Positions 9,419 to 20,317 are shown, counted from the first letter of the stretch. The stretch: DNA of 64,000 nt from Candidatus Nomurabacteria bacterium (GCA_943356415.1 CALREW010000001.1:357745-421744), one strand, 5' to 3'. Made by a program: numbers and translations. Notes: a model not told the origin generated them from the letters alone.

Positions 9419-11876
9419 TCACTATTCCTAGACGTTTAAGTATGGAGAGTTCATTGAACATACCACGATACTCAAAACGAATACGGTGGGCTCCTTCAGG
9501 GACTGCGACGGCCATGTATAACCCATTAGCTCGGATAAGTGGAGCGCGCGCTCCATCAACCGATACCTCCCACCCTGGAAGGTACGTCTCTGAGAGAACC
9601 AAGAATTGCTGAGACGCTGTAATAGTCTCAAAGAGATGCAGCCCGTTAGCACTGCGAACTTCTTTGATCGAGCCTCTGCCGGATACTCCTTTACAGTCCG
9701 CACAATCAAGATACACCGCTTCGTTGAAACGAAGACCTTCGTGTGCGACGAGTTCCTCAAAACTCTGATGCGACGACGGAACAACCGAAGGTGCGAAGTA
9801 ATACAGCGGAGAAGCCTTTTCGTTGAGATAGCTATAGATCACCATTCCATACGAAGACACTGAGGTCGTTGCGAGAAGTGAGAGCGCTGAGCTCTCGAGC
9901 GGAACTCCCGAAAGTACGTACCTCCCACCCATCATAGAAAGTATGTCTACCCTATCGAGCAATCGCTCCTTTCGCTCCTCGTTAGTACCTGAGCCGTATC
10001 CGGCACCCAACTCTCCCCCAATACGCTCCAGTGCCGTGAGCGTCCCACTTGGTTCGAACTGGTCATAGCCGTCTACGGAAGAAAATCTACTAAAGAGATG
10101 CATGTTGGGTGATCCCGCTTTCGCCAAAAGTTCGACCGTTGCGTCGTCTTCCTCACGCGACAGTTTATATTGCGGCGGTATTACCTTTTGAATCGCAAGC
10201 GATGGCATAAAGGAATAGAAGCGGTACTGCGTGGCTTCCTCAATCGTGACAAGCGGATTGAGAATGTTGTCTGCCCCCAACGTTGGAGAGGAGCTAAAAA
10301 CATTCCCCCATCCAGCGATGGTGACACCAAAAATCGTACACACAATAAGCATGCATGCCTGTGCTTGAAATTGGGCAACGGAACGCTTCCCATGAACAAA
10401 CAAGAGAAGTAATACGATACTCGCAATAAGAAGTGCGAGCGGAATTGCAACCGATGGCTCCGATAGGTTGAGCAATTCACGATACGCAGCAACGCCTCTG
10501 TTCACCGCATCGCTATAATGGTCAACCCTATTTTGAGCGAAGCCTGCGGTAGTAAAAAGTCTCTCCACAATCCGACCAAAAAGTGTCGGTACATATGAAC
10601 CGAGCATTCCAAAAATAACCAAACCGCCAGAGAACATGGCCGCAACTGCCGCAACAACGTAGAGGGCCATTTTAAACACGCGCTCTTTTGCCACTTCCGC
10701 AGCTCGATCAAGTCCAAAGGCACCAAGAAGCGCCAGCAAAAATGCACCAAGAAACATAAACCGGAACGGAAAGCGGAACAGTCCGATAACAGGGAGCTTG
10801 CTCAGAAGAAAGAAAATCGGTGACCATTTTATCGCCGCAAAGAATGCAAAAAGAAAAAGTACCCCAATAGCCGCAATGGTGCGGTCGTGGCCTGCCAATG
10901 AACGAATGCTCCTTGAACGTAAGGCGTTCATTCCGACCACGAGGAGTACGCCTACCCCAAGCAGTGCGAGAAGTGAGCCGACAAACAACGGTTTGCGGCC
11001 AGCAGTAACGTACGGCACGTAGAAATATGGCGGAACAAGGGCAAGAATCGCGTCACCAGGGTCAATCACTTTGAGAGTTAGCTCGTGGTAGGTCGCTTCT
11101 TCTCCTCTTGAAGTGGATGGCAAAAATTTCGCCGCAGGAAGAATCTGAGGCAACCCAACAACCACGCCGATTACCGTTGCAATGATCCACGCGCCAATTA
11201 CTTTGCAAAAACGGCGTAGATTTGTCGGCCCATCAAAGTAAAACAACTGCAGCAACACAAACAAACCCACGATAAGGAGCGCGTAAACGACCAACTGAGT
11301 GTACCCGGAGAGAATGCTCCACCCGATTCCTATTCCAGCTAACAATACGTACCTCCAGAAAAGCGTTTCATTCCGTATCATCCGCACTGCGCACAACAAC
11401 AAAAGCGGCAAAAGGAAGAGTGTACTTGCGGTAAGCGGATTGGAAAGATACCGCCAATGAAACGCGAGGAGATACGAAGGACCGACAAGCATAGCTGCGT
11501 AGCGCGATACGCCAAGTGCGCGTGCGGCAAGATACGAAGTAACGCACGTAAGTGCAACATCAATGATGAGTCGCATTTCAACACCGGATATACCTGAAAA
11601 AAAGCGGAAAATGAGTAGATTGACTGGATCAAAGAATCCACCAACCTGGCTTAGATATATAGGGAAGCCTGAATAGATGGACGGGAGCCACAAGAAAGAC
11701 TCCCCAGCATGAAGCGCCTGGCTGTAGAAAGTAAATATTGGGTAGTAGTAAACAACGACATCCGCATCATTTAAAAAAATAATCCGCCCGAACGCGATTG
11801 GCCCAAAAAAAGCAACCAGCACCAGAGCGAAGAAGCCTGCAACGAATAGGCCCGGGTATCGTTTAATGAGATTCAT
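9405..11876 (-). CDS. YfhO-family GT-C membrane glycosyltransferase
   Basis: 823 aa. N-terminal multi-TM region with an early DAD-like acidic motif (FLNDADVVVYYYP) and a large C-terminal extracytoplasmic domain. Confidence 0.75.
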   Translation of the reverse strand: MNLIKRYPGLFVAGFFALVLVAFFGPIAFGRIIFLNDADVVVYYYPIFTFYSQALHAGESFLWLPSIYSGFPIYLSQVGGFFDPVNLLIFRFFSGISGVEMRLIIDVALTCVTSYLAARALGVSRYAAMLVGPSYLLAFHWRYLSNPLTASTLFLLPLLLLCAVRMIRNETLFWRYVLLAGIGIGWSILSGYTQLVVYALLIVGLFVLLQLFYFDGPTNLRRFCKVIGAWIIATVIGVVVGLPQILPAAKFLPSTSRGEEATYHELTLKVIDPGDAILALVPPYFYVPYVTAGRKPLFVGSLLALLGVGVLLVVGMNALRSRSIRSLAGHDRTIAAIGVLFLFAFFAAIKWSPIFFLLSKLPVIGLFRFPFRFMFLGAFLLALLGAFGLDRAAEVAKERVFKMALYVVAAVAAMFSGGLVIFGMLGSYVPTLFGRIVERLFTTAGFAQNRVDHYSDAVNRGVAAYRELLNLSEPSVAIPLALLIASIVLLLLFVHGKRSVAQFQAQACMLIVCTIFGVTIAGWGNVFSSSPTLGADNILNPLVTIEEATQYRFYSFMPSLAIQKVIPPQYKLSREEDDATVELLAKAGSPNMHLFSRFSSVDGYDQFEPSGTLTALERIGGELGAGYGSGTNEERKERLLDRVDILSMMGGRYVLSGVPLESSALSLLATTSVSSYGMVIYSYLNEKASPLYYFAPSVVPSSHQSFEELVAHEGLRFNEAVYLDCADCKGVSGRGSIKEVRSANGLHLFETITASQQFLVLSETYLPGWEVSVDGARAPLIRANGLYMAVAVPEGAHRIRFEYRGMFNELSILKRLGIVNDDY

Positions 11877-13270
11877 ATAGTGTTCAAAGTGGAAGCGGGT
11901 GGGACGTTTCTTTTTGTATTAAGAACAAGCGCAGCCGCCCCGAGAATCATCACCCCAGAGATAGGCAGTCGATATCGAGCGTTAGAAACCGGTCCCGTAA
12001 GTAGCGCGAAGTAAAGAACGAGTACCGCACCTAAGAGGACGAGTGGTCGCAATCGTCTCGTCCACAATTCGACAACAATGCCTACAAAATAGAGCACCGT
12101 TACCATGAACCAAAATCCGCTCCCAATCACTAGAAGGACAACGGCGAGTGCTCCCGTGCGTATATACGTCACGATAGCTTTCATATTGCCCGAAAGAATT
12201 AGACTCGAAATGTTAGGAGGTGCAACGAGGGGTACCCCGGATATTCGGGCAATTTCACGCAATCCATCAGTGAGGAAAAAAGGAACGGTTTTTGCAACAT
12301 GAAAGAACAGATAGGTATATTCGTGACCTCGTATCACTTCTCGGAAGTTGCTCGTAAAGACCGGCGCTCTTGAAAGCGAGAGTGCTTCATCGCGAGGAAG
12401 AGAGTCCTGCTCTGCTTTAAATGCAGTCAGCACGGCCTCCCCCTTCATATCTGGGTAGTCTGCGAGGTATGCAGGGGCATTGTAGATCATCAGGTTTGCT
12501 GCGCCAACTGAAGATACCCCCCACGATCCAAAAAATTCGTGATTACGTAGCATCCACGGAAAAACGATAACTGCAGTCGCACATAAAAGAAGTACCGCTT
12601 TTTTGAAGCGAACACCTGCTGACATCCCAGGCGCAATAAGCACGTACCCCGCGTAAAGCGCTGGCAAAAAGACAGCGATGGGACGGACAAGCACGCTCAC
12701 GCCAAGTACGACGCCCGAGGAGACAATAAGTAAACTTTTTTTATGCATCCTTCCCCGCTCAAGCAATACAAGCGATCCCAAAAAAAGACAGGTGAAGAAT
12801 GCGTCCGAGAGAAGAGACGCCGAGAAGAAAAGACGCGTCGGCTCAAAAACGAATATAACCGCTCCCCACCACGCTGCGCGCTCGCTGTACGACTTAAAGA
12901 GCACATATAAAAGCACGGGTGCGATGCTCACCAGAATTGTCTGCACGAAAAGAACGGCGATCCAGCTACGACACAGTGCGTAGAGAATGCTCAGGGAAAA
13001 AGGGTACCCGGGCGCACGGAAACTCTCAGGAGCAAACGGGGTCGTGGTTGAGAACGTAAATGCTGATTCTTCGAGCAAATGCGTTGCAAGTATTTGATAC
13101 CCGCGTGCGTCCCCGGTGAGACGTACCATATCGAGCCCTTTTATCTGCGTGAACCATAAAGCGCCGCCTGCAAAGAGCACGCTGACAACAAGAGAAAGGA
13201 GTCCGAGCGTAAGTTCCTTCTTATACACCGTACGCCAGGCACGCATACGCTTACTGTACCTTACGAGCAA
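11873..13270 (-). CDS. ArnT/PMT-like (GT39/GT83-type) GT-C glycosyltransferase
   Basis: 465 aa polytopic protein. N-terminal loop GDARGYQ...FRAPGYPF resembles the DE/arginine-containing first loop of ArnT/PMT enzymes. Confidence 0.65.
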   Translation of the reverse strand: MLVRYSKRMRAWRTVYKKELTLGLLSLVVSVLFAGGALWFTQIKGLDMVRLTGDARGYQILATHLLEESAFTFSTTTPFAPESFRAPGYPFSLSILYALCRSWIAVLFVQTILVSIAPVLLYVLFKSYSERAAWWGAVIFVFEPTRLFFSASLLSDAFFTCLFLGSLVLLERGRMHKKSLLIVSSGVVLGVSVLVRPIAVFLPALYAGYVLIAPGMSAGVRFKKAVLLLCATAVIVFPWMLRNHEFFGSWGVSSVGAANLMIYNAPAYLADYPDMKGEAVLTAFKAEQDSLPRDEALSLSRAPVFTSNFREVIRGHEYTYLFFHVAKTVPFFLTDGLREIARISGVPLVAPPNISSLILSGNMKAIVTYIRTGALAVVLLVIGSGFWFMVTVLYFVGIVVELWTRRLRPLVLLGAVLVLYFALLTGPVSNARYRLPISGVMILGAAALVLNTKRNVPPASTLNTI

Positions 13271-13985
13271 CGGCTATAAGGGATACTCCCCAAGGCAGTG
13301 GCCCCACTCGTAGTAGGAAACGCTCAAAACCGAAGAGGAGCGCGAGCGGGGCGTTGAGGAAACCTGGGGTGCTGGAAAAGTCACTTTCTTTCTTGCGCAC
13401 ATTCAATGCGTTACTAGCAAGACGCACAAGAGCAATCGCAGGAAAAAGAAAGAAATTGTAGTAACTCACAAACGCCGGGGTAAGACCTGCTCCTTTGAGT
13501 CGTTCTACCAGTTCAGCTTTGCGATATCTCCTACGATGATGGGCCAATTCATCGTGCCCACTCCACAAAAATCTAAATGCTGGCACCGTGATAAGCACAA
13601 TACCTCCAGGGGCAAGCGCCTTGGTCACTGCACGCAAGGCGCTGTGGTCATCATCGAAATGTTCGAGAACGTCGAGCAACGTGACAATGTGATACTCATT
13701 GTCTTTAACAAGAGGTGACGGGAAGGACGCCTCAATGAGGTTCGCACTCGGCGCCTTCTCTTTTGCAAAACGTATTGCTTCCTGCGAAGGCTCAATCGCA
13801 TCGACAAGAAACCCGTGTTGACTAAATTGCTGTGCATTGATGCCGGTGCCAACACCGACGTCGAGCAGACGCTTCCCCATCGGTTTGAAGCGTGAAAGGA
13901 GATCAAATAAAACGGCGCGCCTCCCCCTAAACCACCAATGTGCCTCTTCAAGTGAGGACATCTCTGCATAGAGGTGTTTTTCCAT
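13251..13985 (-). CDS. class I SAM-dependent methyltransferase
   Basis: Motif I LLDVGVGTGIN, post-I acidic residue and motif II. Confidence 0.8.
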   Translation of the reverse strand: MEKHLYAEMSSLEEAHWWFRGRRAVLFDLLSRFKPMGKRLLDVGVGTGINAQQFSQHGFLVDAIEPSQEAIRFAKEKAPSANLIEASFPSPLVKDNEYHIVTLLDVLEHFDDDHSALRAVTKALAPGGIVLITVPAFRFLWSGHDELAHHRRRYRKAELVERLKGAGLTPAFVSYYNFFLFPAIALVRLASNALNVRKKESDFSSTPGFLNAPLALLFGFERFLLRVGPLPWGVSLIAVARKVQ

Positions 13986-13988
13986 AGA

Positions 13989-14726
13989 TTATGCGTATGC
14001 GCCCATCCACGCGCGAATACGTATGCGTGCAAGCCCCATCAAAGATCGGTACACCTCACGGAATGGTCGAATGCGGGAATCTGCGTCGTCCGTCCACACC
14101 ACGGGTATTTCTACGTAGTGGTGTTTGCGTACGTGAGTGACATAGATAAGCTCCGCCTCAGCAACAATATGCATCTCATATTGGTGCGCAAATATGTCTG
14201 CCAATGCGTTCTTACGGAACATCTTAAAACCGAGTGCAAAGTCCGTAATATTCCACATCCAAAAAATAATCCTGGTCAGATACAAAAATCCGTAGCCAAG
14301 AAATACGCGCAGAGGTGGCTGCCACACGAGAATTTTCGACTCAGGAAGCTCTCTACTACCGAACACTGCGGCCAGAGTTGGGTCGGCATCAAAAAGCGCA
14401 ACTGCCCGCCCTATGGCCTCCTCAGCAACTGATCCATCTGCATCAGTCTCAAGCACCAAGGAGCCTCGAGCGCGGAGCATTGCGTTTTTGATCGTCGGCG
14501 TGCGACCCCGATTTATGCCATCAGAGATAAGCTCTAGTTCCGGATGGGTTTTTTGAAGTTCTCTTACGACTGCAGCCGTGCGGTCCTTACTCCCATCATC
14601 GGCAATAATGATTTCATAGGAACACTGCAAGGTAGGCAAATATGCAAAGAGCTTCCGAAGTGTCGGCGGAAGCCGACGCTCTTCGTTGTATGCAGGTATC
14701 ACAATTGAGAGATGCGGTTCAGTCAT
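13989..14726 (-). CDS. GT2 polyprenyl-phosphate sugar synthase (GtrB/DPM1-like)
   Basis: LSIVIPAYNEERRL...IIIADDGSKDRT. Confidence 0.85.
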   Translation of the reverse strand: MTEPHLSIVIPAYNEERRLPPTLRKLFAYLPTLQCSYEIIIADDGSKDRTAAVVRELQKTHPELELISDGINRGRTPTIKNAMLRARGSLVLETDADGSVAEEAIGRAVALFDADPTLAAVFGSRELPESKILVWQPPLRVFLGYGFLYLTRIIFWMWNITDFALGFKMFRKNALADIFAHQYEMHIVAEAELIYVTHVRKHHYVEIPVVWTDDADSRIRPFREVYRSLMGLARIRIRAWMGAYA

Positions 14727-16146
14727 GCTTCTTCACCTCCTCATGGTACACGCGCTCAACATTTACGTCCCACAGGTTGTGGTTAGCTCCTTGTATGTTC
14801 TCTACCGCAAGCATTGCCGTGAGCATCGCATGGTCCTGATTGTTGTACCGATGCATACCGTTGCGCCCCACCGGATAGACGTTGCTGAGCTTCGCAAAGG
14901 CTGCATGAATGGTCGGCATAGCCGCCTCGTAGGCATCATCGTAGACCGGATATGTTTTCTCTATCCGTGCCGCAGCACCATCGATGACATCCTCCTTTTT
15001 TGCAAGACCAATGGCTTCAATCTCATTCGAAGCAAGCTCGATAAGTTCCGCGTCCGTTTTCTTCCAAATAGCGTCGGTGGTAAAACAAAAGTACTCAAGA
15101 CCAAGACAGGTAGTCCCATTATCTGGCGTCATATACGGAGACCAGTTATTAAAATTCTGAATGCGTCCCACCGCGACTTTCGGCTCGTGGATATATATCC
15201 AGGTATCAGGAAAGAGATCGGTTCGCTTCAAGATAAGTGCCACGGTGATGAAGTCACGGAAGGTCAGCGTATGTGCAGCCGCGAGGTCCTCCGCGCTCAT
15301 AGCAGGCGACATGAGATCAAACAACTCTGCAATAGGGATGCTGGAGATAACCGACGAGACCGGTACCGTCATCTCACCCTGAGGCGTAGCGATGGTCGCT
15401 TCATATACCACTCCCCCTTTGTGGGAGAGACGCGTAGGACGAGCATTAAAATATATTTTTGTCAGTCCGGTAGAGAGGGCTTTCTCGAGCGTTTTCTCCC
15501 ACATCATTCCTGGGCCCAGTTTTGGGTAGTTAAACTCTTCGATAAGACTCTTTATCTCGTTGTCCTTATTACCAAAGAGGGCCGTGCGTATGAGACTCGT
15601 CACGGAGAGACCCTTAATGCGCTGAGCAGCCCACGAGGCTTTAATCTTAGTGCACGGTATCCCCCACACCTTCTCCGTATACGACTTAAAAAAGGTGCGG
15701 TAGAGTCGCCAACCAAAATTATTAACAATATAGTCCTCGAACGAATCTTCCTCTTTGCGTTTGAATACTTTCGCTTTTACGTAACTCAAGCCTGCAAGAA
15801 AACTCTCCCAAAATCCAAGTTTCAAAACCACATCGAATGGCTTTATGGGGTAGTTAAAAAACTTTCGTTTGTAGTAAACGTGAGAGAGTCTTGGTCGCTT
15901 TATAAAATCATCTCCAAGAATCTCGCGCCACATCTCGTTAACGCGTTCAACTTTAGTGAAAAAACGATGTCCCCCGATATCAAAATGATATCCCTTATAT
16001 TTTATGGTTCGAGAGATGCCGCCGACTATCCCCTCTTTTTCAAGAATAATCGAACGCTTCCCCGCCTTGGCAAGTTCATACGCCGCGGTGAGGCCCGCAG
16101 GGCCTCCACCTATAATAAGTACTGCGTTTTCATCGGATGAATTCAT
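14719..16146 (-). CDS. UDP-galactopyranose mutase (Glf)-like FAD-dependent enzyme
   Basis: N-terminal GGGPAGL dinucleotide motif. Downstream blocks HRFFTK..VW, SYTEKVWG and C-terminal GRNGMHRY parallel the Glf motifs HIFHT..VW, GYTxKQWG and GRLGTYRY. Confidence 0.6.
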   Translation of the reverse strand: MNSSDENAVLIIGGGPAGLTAAYELAKAGKRSIILEKEGIVGGISRTIKYKGYHFDIGGHRFFTKVERVNEMWREILGDDFIKRPRLSHVYYKRKFFNYPIKPFDVVLKLGFWESFLAGLSYVKAKVFKRKEEDSFEDYIVNNFGWRLYRTFFKSYTEKVWGIPCTKIKASWAAQRIKGLSVTSLIRTALFGNKDNEIKSLIEEFNYPKLGPGMMWEKTLEKALSTGLTKIYFNARPTRLSHKGGVVYEATIATPQGEMTVPVSSVISSIPIAELFDLMSPAMSAEDLAAAHTLTFRDFITVALILKRTDLFPDTWIYIHEPKVAVGRIQNFNNWSPYMTPDNGTTCLGLEYFCFTTDAIWKKTDAELIELASNEIEAIGLAKKEDVIDGAAARIEKTYPVYDDAYEAAMPTIHAAFAKLSNVYPVGRNGMHRYNNQDHAMLTAMLAVENIQGANHNLWDVNVERVYHEEVKKHD

Positions 16147-17741
16147 GAGCGAGGTTTGCGAGCGATAATGTAGAGATGCGCACTGACCGCTTCAGCACCC
16201 GGTAGTGACGCAAACAGAAGATCGAATATCTTCAAAGGCCCGAGCACCAGCATAAAGATGTGTGCCAAAAACGGCGCAATCTTGCGTGATCCAAACGAGA
16301 AGATAACCCCAAGCCAGTACGCAAAAAACATAAGGAACGCACTCCAGGGACCTGAGCGTACACCTAACTCTATAACTTCAAATCCGGGAAATAGTTCTTT
16401 AAGACCACTTGTCGTAAAGCGATTGAAGTCGTCAGGAGAGGCGTGATACGGATGAATAAACGGCGCGCTTGCATACACAACGCCGCCAGGCTTCAGCACC
16501 CGCATAAGTTCTTGAGCTACCGCTCCCGGATTCGCCACGTGCTCAAGAAGCGATTCTGTCGCAAGACCGTCAAATGTCCCGTCCTCAAACGGCAGGCGCT
16601 CAGCGCTCGCCACAATATCAACACCGGGAAATGGGAAGATGTCCACATTAATAAATTGAAGGGAGATACGGTCAGGACCCGATCCTATATCAGCAACAAG
16701 TGCATCTTTTCCGACGTGGGCGAGCAGTTTCTTGGGTCCGTTTTGAAGCATGAGCACCGGGCAGAAGAGTCCCCAAATTGCGTAGTAGAGGAGCGGAAAT
16801 TGTTTCAGAAACGATTTTAGCCAATTCACCCCCGAGAGATGCTCGTCTTCGTGGAGTGAGTACGACTGTCCGTCAGCGAGGATAGGCACGTCCTGCGATG
16901 AAACCTCAAACTGGTGTCCCACCGGACACGCTGCTTTTTCTCCTATGCTCAAAGTTTCGCCACACAAAGGGCACCTGAGGTGCGGACGTACCTTCTCTAA
17001 GCGACCTGCTGCCCCCTGCATCGCAGCCCCTGGCTTGCGTAGGTGCGTGAGTCGATGACTAAGGAGTAAGAACATCGAGCGAAACCCGTCTTTGTAGCGT
17101 ATCTTCTTCCCTTCCTCTACCGTGCGCGGTGCATGGCTAATCGGTACCTCGACAATGGCATACCCCTGAGCAGCCGCGTCGCCGATAAAGAGGTAGTCTG
17201 CTTCAAAACCATTGCCGATAAAATGTGCCTTTCTCGCAACCTCTTTTGAAAAAAGCTTATAGCACGTCCATGCGTCGGTCAGATGCAATCCATATAAGAG
17301 ATTTACAAACTTCGTACTTCCCCAGACCCCAAGACTAATGACTAGAAAATCCTTAATGCGGTGCCAGTGGGTTTCCATATTGCGTGAACCAAACACAATA
17401 GGTGCGCCCGTTTTTTCTACAACTTCAAGTAGCTTGCGAATTTCTGCTGGATTGTACTCAAGATCGGCATCCTGCAAGATGAGATACTCGCCCGTTGCAT
17501 GCGCAATCCCTGCTCTCTCGGCAACACCTTTCCCACCATTTTTTGCTTGAAAGATGACCTGGTAGCCGGGCTTTTCCTTGTATTTCGAAAGAAGGGTCCG
17601 TGTTGAGTCTTTTGATCCGTCATCAACAACGATGATTTCTTTTTCCCAATTGCCAAAATCTGCTTTTTCAACACGAAGAAGCAGCTCTTCAATGGTTGCT
17701 TCTTCGTTGTAGCACGGGATTATGACACTGACGGTCCTCAT
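16143..17741 (-). CDS. tri-domain fusion: N-terminal GT2 glycosyltransferase, central Cys4 zinc ribbon, C-terminal class I SAM methyltransferase
   Basis: The N-terminal GT2 part reads VSVIIPCYNEEATI...VVDDGSKDST..LQDADLE. The ribbon is CPLCGETL...CPVGHQFE. The C-terminal MTase part is VADIGSGPD...FDGLATESLLEHV. Confidence 0.8.
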   Translation of the reverse strand: MRTVSVIIPCYNEEATIEELLLRVEKADFGNWEKEIIVVDDGSKDSTRTLLSKYKEKPGYQVIFQAKNGGKGVAERAGIAHATGEYLILQDADLEYNPAEIRKLLEVVEKTGAPIVFGSRNMETHWHRIKDFLVISLGVWGSTKFVNLLYGLHLTDAWTCYKLFSKEVARKAHFIGNGFEADYLFIGDAAAQGYAIVEVPISHAPRTVEEGKKIRYKDGFRSMFLLLSHRLTHLRKPGAAMQGAAGRLEKVRPHLRCPLCGETLSIGEKAACPVGHQFEVSSQDVPILADGQSYSLHEDEHLSGVNWLKSFLKQFPLLYYAIWGLFCPVLMLQNGPKKLLAHVGKDALVADIGSGPDRISLQFINVDIFPFPGVDIVASAERLPFEDGTFDGLATESLLEHVANPGAVAQELMRVLKPGGVVYASAPFIHPYHASPDDFNRFTTSGLKELFPGFEVIELGVRSGPWSAFLMFFAYWLGVIFSFGSRKIAPFLAHIFMLVLGPLKIFDLLFASLPGAEAVSAHLYIIARKPRS

Positions 17742-17745
17742 AGTC

Positions 17746-20235
17746 TCATTTAAACAGTGCGGTCAAATGTACCATAGTCACATCACGATAGACAAAAGAG
17801 ATTTCGTGACGCCCCGCAGGGACGTGTACCGTCTGAAAAAGGTAATTCGCCGTGTAGATGTTGGTCTCTACTCCGTCTACCATAGCCTGCCAACCCGGAA
17901 GGGTGCTCTCGGAGACCACCACCCAGGCGCCCGAAGGCGAGTCGACTGACACATTGATTTCTCCAGGCTCATATTTTGAAACCGTGACCACTCCACCCGA
18001 TAGCGCGTCGGTGCAGTCGGCACATTCAATAATCGTCTCTTTGGAGAAGTCCTTCACTGCAAGGAGTTGTCCTAGTACTGCATTTCCCTCGGAAGAGACG
18101 AAATGAGGTTTTGCTGCAATATAGATACGCGGCAGTACGTTCTTGTTTTCATACACATATACCGGGAGCGTGTCCGCACCTGCCGGAATGGTAAGCGTCG
18201 CATCGAGCGCGAGCAAAGGCGCCTCGAGCGGATAGAGCGAGTACACATATTTCACATTCATCATGGAAAGGAGTGGCACCCGGCGCGCAATATCGCGCAG
18301 TTTTTCATCCAACAAAACCCGCCTCTGCACGTCGCGGTTATACAACTGATCAAGTTTGCTGGTAGCAAACGACGGACTTGCGTCGTCAAACACATACTGC
18401 GCGTAGTCATACGCAACAACCGTGGTGAGCAGTTGATTCGCACGAAGCGTGCGATACGGCTCCATTCCGTCCATGCGCTCAATGCCCCAATACAGATTCG
18501 AATTGTTGAGGAGCAAATCAAGGTCCAAGGTTGTTGTTTGCGCAGGGGTCAGTGTCTGTTTGGAAAATACTTTGTCAAAAAGTCCGTCGCCGACAACATA
18601 CCCGAGAAAGCGGTACGTGTGAGGGTCTGTCTCTTTACTCTCCAGAAAGCTCACCAATGCGGGTTTTGCAGCATAGAGAGACTGCGGCACAAACTGATCC
18701 CACTGAAGTGCGTACGTACCGAGCGTGCTTAGGCACATGATGGCAACAATGTATTGCGGAACAAAACGGTGCGTACTCTTTCGTAGGAAATAGAGGGCGA
18801 AAAACAGACAGGCGACGAGCCAGAGACTGACGCCAAAAACAAATCGATCGTTGCTAAAAGAAAATGTGTGCTCAATCTGCGTAAGCGACTGAAGCAAAAG
18901 TGCCGTGTAATGCTCCGTTGGGTACAAAAGCGTGCGGCCATCGGTATACCAAGAAATGAGTCGTCCAATTAATTCTGGCGAAGAAGCAACGACGCGGATA
19001 AGGGCACTCAGTCCGACACTGAGCGCTACAAACGCCGCTGTGATAAACGCACTCCCCCACACCAAAAAAAGCCGCCCGCGACGCGATAACCGCTCGGGAG
19101 CCACAACAAAACCTTCGACGCCTGCGGCAGCGAGATAGGAAACGGGAAAGGCAGCGCCCACCATCCATCGGAAATTGCCGCCCATATGTGAAAAAGGAGG
19201 AATGTGCTCGTTGAGCCAACCGAGTACGGGAAGATGAAAGGCAATGCCGAGTATAAGCACGTACAGCGATGCAAAAAAAAGCGACGTCTTAGTCCGGTAG
19301 TATGCGAGGCCGACAAGTACAAACAGAAAACCAAGTGCGCCGACATACAACCCAGCAGAACCGCCGCCGCCGAGGAATGGAATGTCTATATACGGAGGCA
19401 AGAAGAAAGCCACGAACTGCGTGACGAACGGGTGGTACGCGTTTTGGATGGCATATGTATTGGTTCGTATGGTCAAATCGATCAGATATGCCGACGGGTA
19501 GAATTGCCACACACCGACAAGGAACCCGATCAGCGTCATTCCCACATACGAAATGCTCGTAGAGAGTGAGCGAAACCATGTCAATCCACCCTTGAACTTT
19601 TCCCAATCAAGGAAGAGCGCGTACGCACCCGCTATGCAAAAGTCGTAAAACACAATCTGCATAAAACCCGCCAAGAAACCGATACCAAGAGCCAAACCTC
19701 CGAGAGCGGTTGCTGTAGCAAACGGGCGCCAGGCGTTGCTGCGTGAGGAGTACCAGAGCGCCAAGAGCAACGCGGGCAAAAGCGCGAAAGAATGAGCTGC
19801 AATCGTTCCAATTTGGAGCCAGGCGAAGGTTGTTGCGGATAGATAGCTGAGTGCGAGCGTGAGGGACGAGGCATCCGTCCATCCTTGCACTTTACCGAAT
19901 CGATACGAAAGCAAGAGCCCTGCAGTTGTTGCAATACAAATGCTCAGGTGATGCGCAAAGAAAAAACCGAACATTGAAAATAGCGAAAGGTTGAGCGGAT
20001 ACCACGCTCCCACAAATTGATCCAAACTTGCAGAAACACCTCCATAGTAGGCGCCCTGCCACAGCAGCGGCACCCCGTGCACGAGTGATTGCTGCACCCA
20101 AAAGGAAATCACATAGTAAAACCCCATCTGCTCTTCCCCAAAGAACGCTTTACCGAAAAAGAGAGCCGGTGCGTATATAAAAAGTCCTGAGCCAATGAGC
20201 AGCAGTAGCGGCAGCACAACTCGGCGCAACGTCAT
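17746..20235 (-). CDS. second YfhO-family GT-C membrane glycosyltransferase (paralog)
   Basis: 829 aa. N-terminal polytopic region with an early acidic loop (KAFFGEEQMGFYY) and a C-terminal beta-rich extracytoplasmic domain. Architecture parallels 9405..11876. Confidence 0.7.
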   Translation of the reverse strand: MTLRRVVLPLLLLIGSGLFIYAPALFFGKAFFGEEQMGFYYVISFWVQQSLVHGVPLLWQGAYYGGVSASLDQFVGAWYPLNLSLFSMFGFFFAHHLSICIATTAGLLLSYRFGKVQGWTDASSLTLALSYLSATTFAWLQIGTIAAHSFALLPALLLALWYSSRSNAWRPFATATALGGLALGIGFLAGFMQIVFYDFCIAGAYALFLDWEKFKGGLTWFRSLSTSISYVGMTLIGFLVGVWQFYPSAYLIDLTIRTNTYAIQNAYHPFVTQFVAFFLPPYIDIPFLGGGGSAGLYVGALGFLFVLVGLAYYRTKTSLFFASLYVLILGIAFHLPVLGWLNEHIPPFSHMGGNFRWMVGAAFPVSYLAAAGVEGFVVAPERLSRRGRLFLVWGSAFITAAFVALSVGLSALIRVVASSPELIGRLISWYTDGRTLLYPTEHYTALLLQSLTQIEHTFSFSNDRFVFGVSLWLVACLFFALYFLRKSTHRFVPQYIVAIMCLSTLGTYALQWDQFVPQSLYAAKPALVSFLESKETDPHTYRFLGYVVGDGLFDKVFSKQTLTPAQTTTLDLDLLLNNSNLYWGIERMDGMEPYRTLRANQLLTTVVAYDYAQYVFDDASPSFATSKLDQLYNRDVQRRVLLDEKLRDIARRVPLLSMMNVKYVYSLYPLEAPLLALDATLTIPAGADTLPVYVYENKNVLPRIYIAAKPHFVSSEGNAVLGQLLAVKDFSKETIIECADCTDALSGGVVTVSKYEPGEINVSVDSPSGAWVVVSESTLPGWQAMVDGVETNIYTANYLFQTVHVPAGRHEISFVYRDVTMVHLTALFK

Positions 20236-20317
20236 AGTTGCAATCGACTATACCATGCTGACAATCCCCTTCCCTCTATAAAAATTAAAGGGATACATTG
20301 TTCATCCACGAGAAAGA

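Noticed and set aside
14686-16140. 484-aa plus-strand ORF
   Set aside because: It is fully antisense to the Glf-like flavoenzyme gene, which has clear dinucleotide-binding and family motifs. The plus-strand product is Arg/His-rich with no motifs, so it is a shadow ORF.
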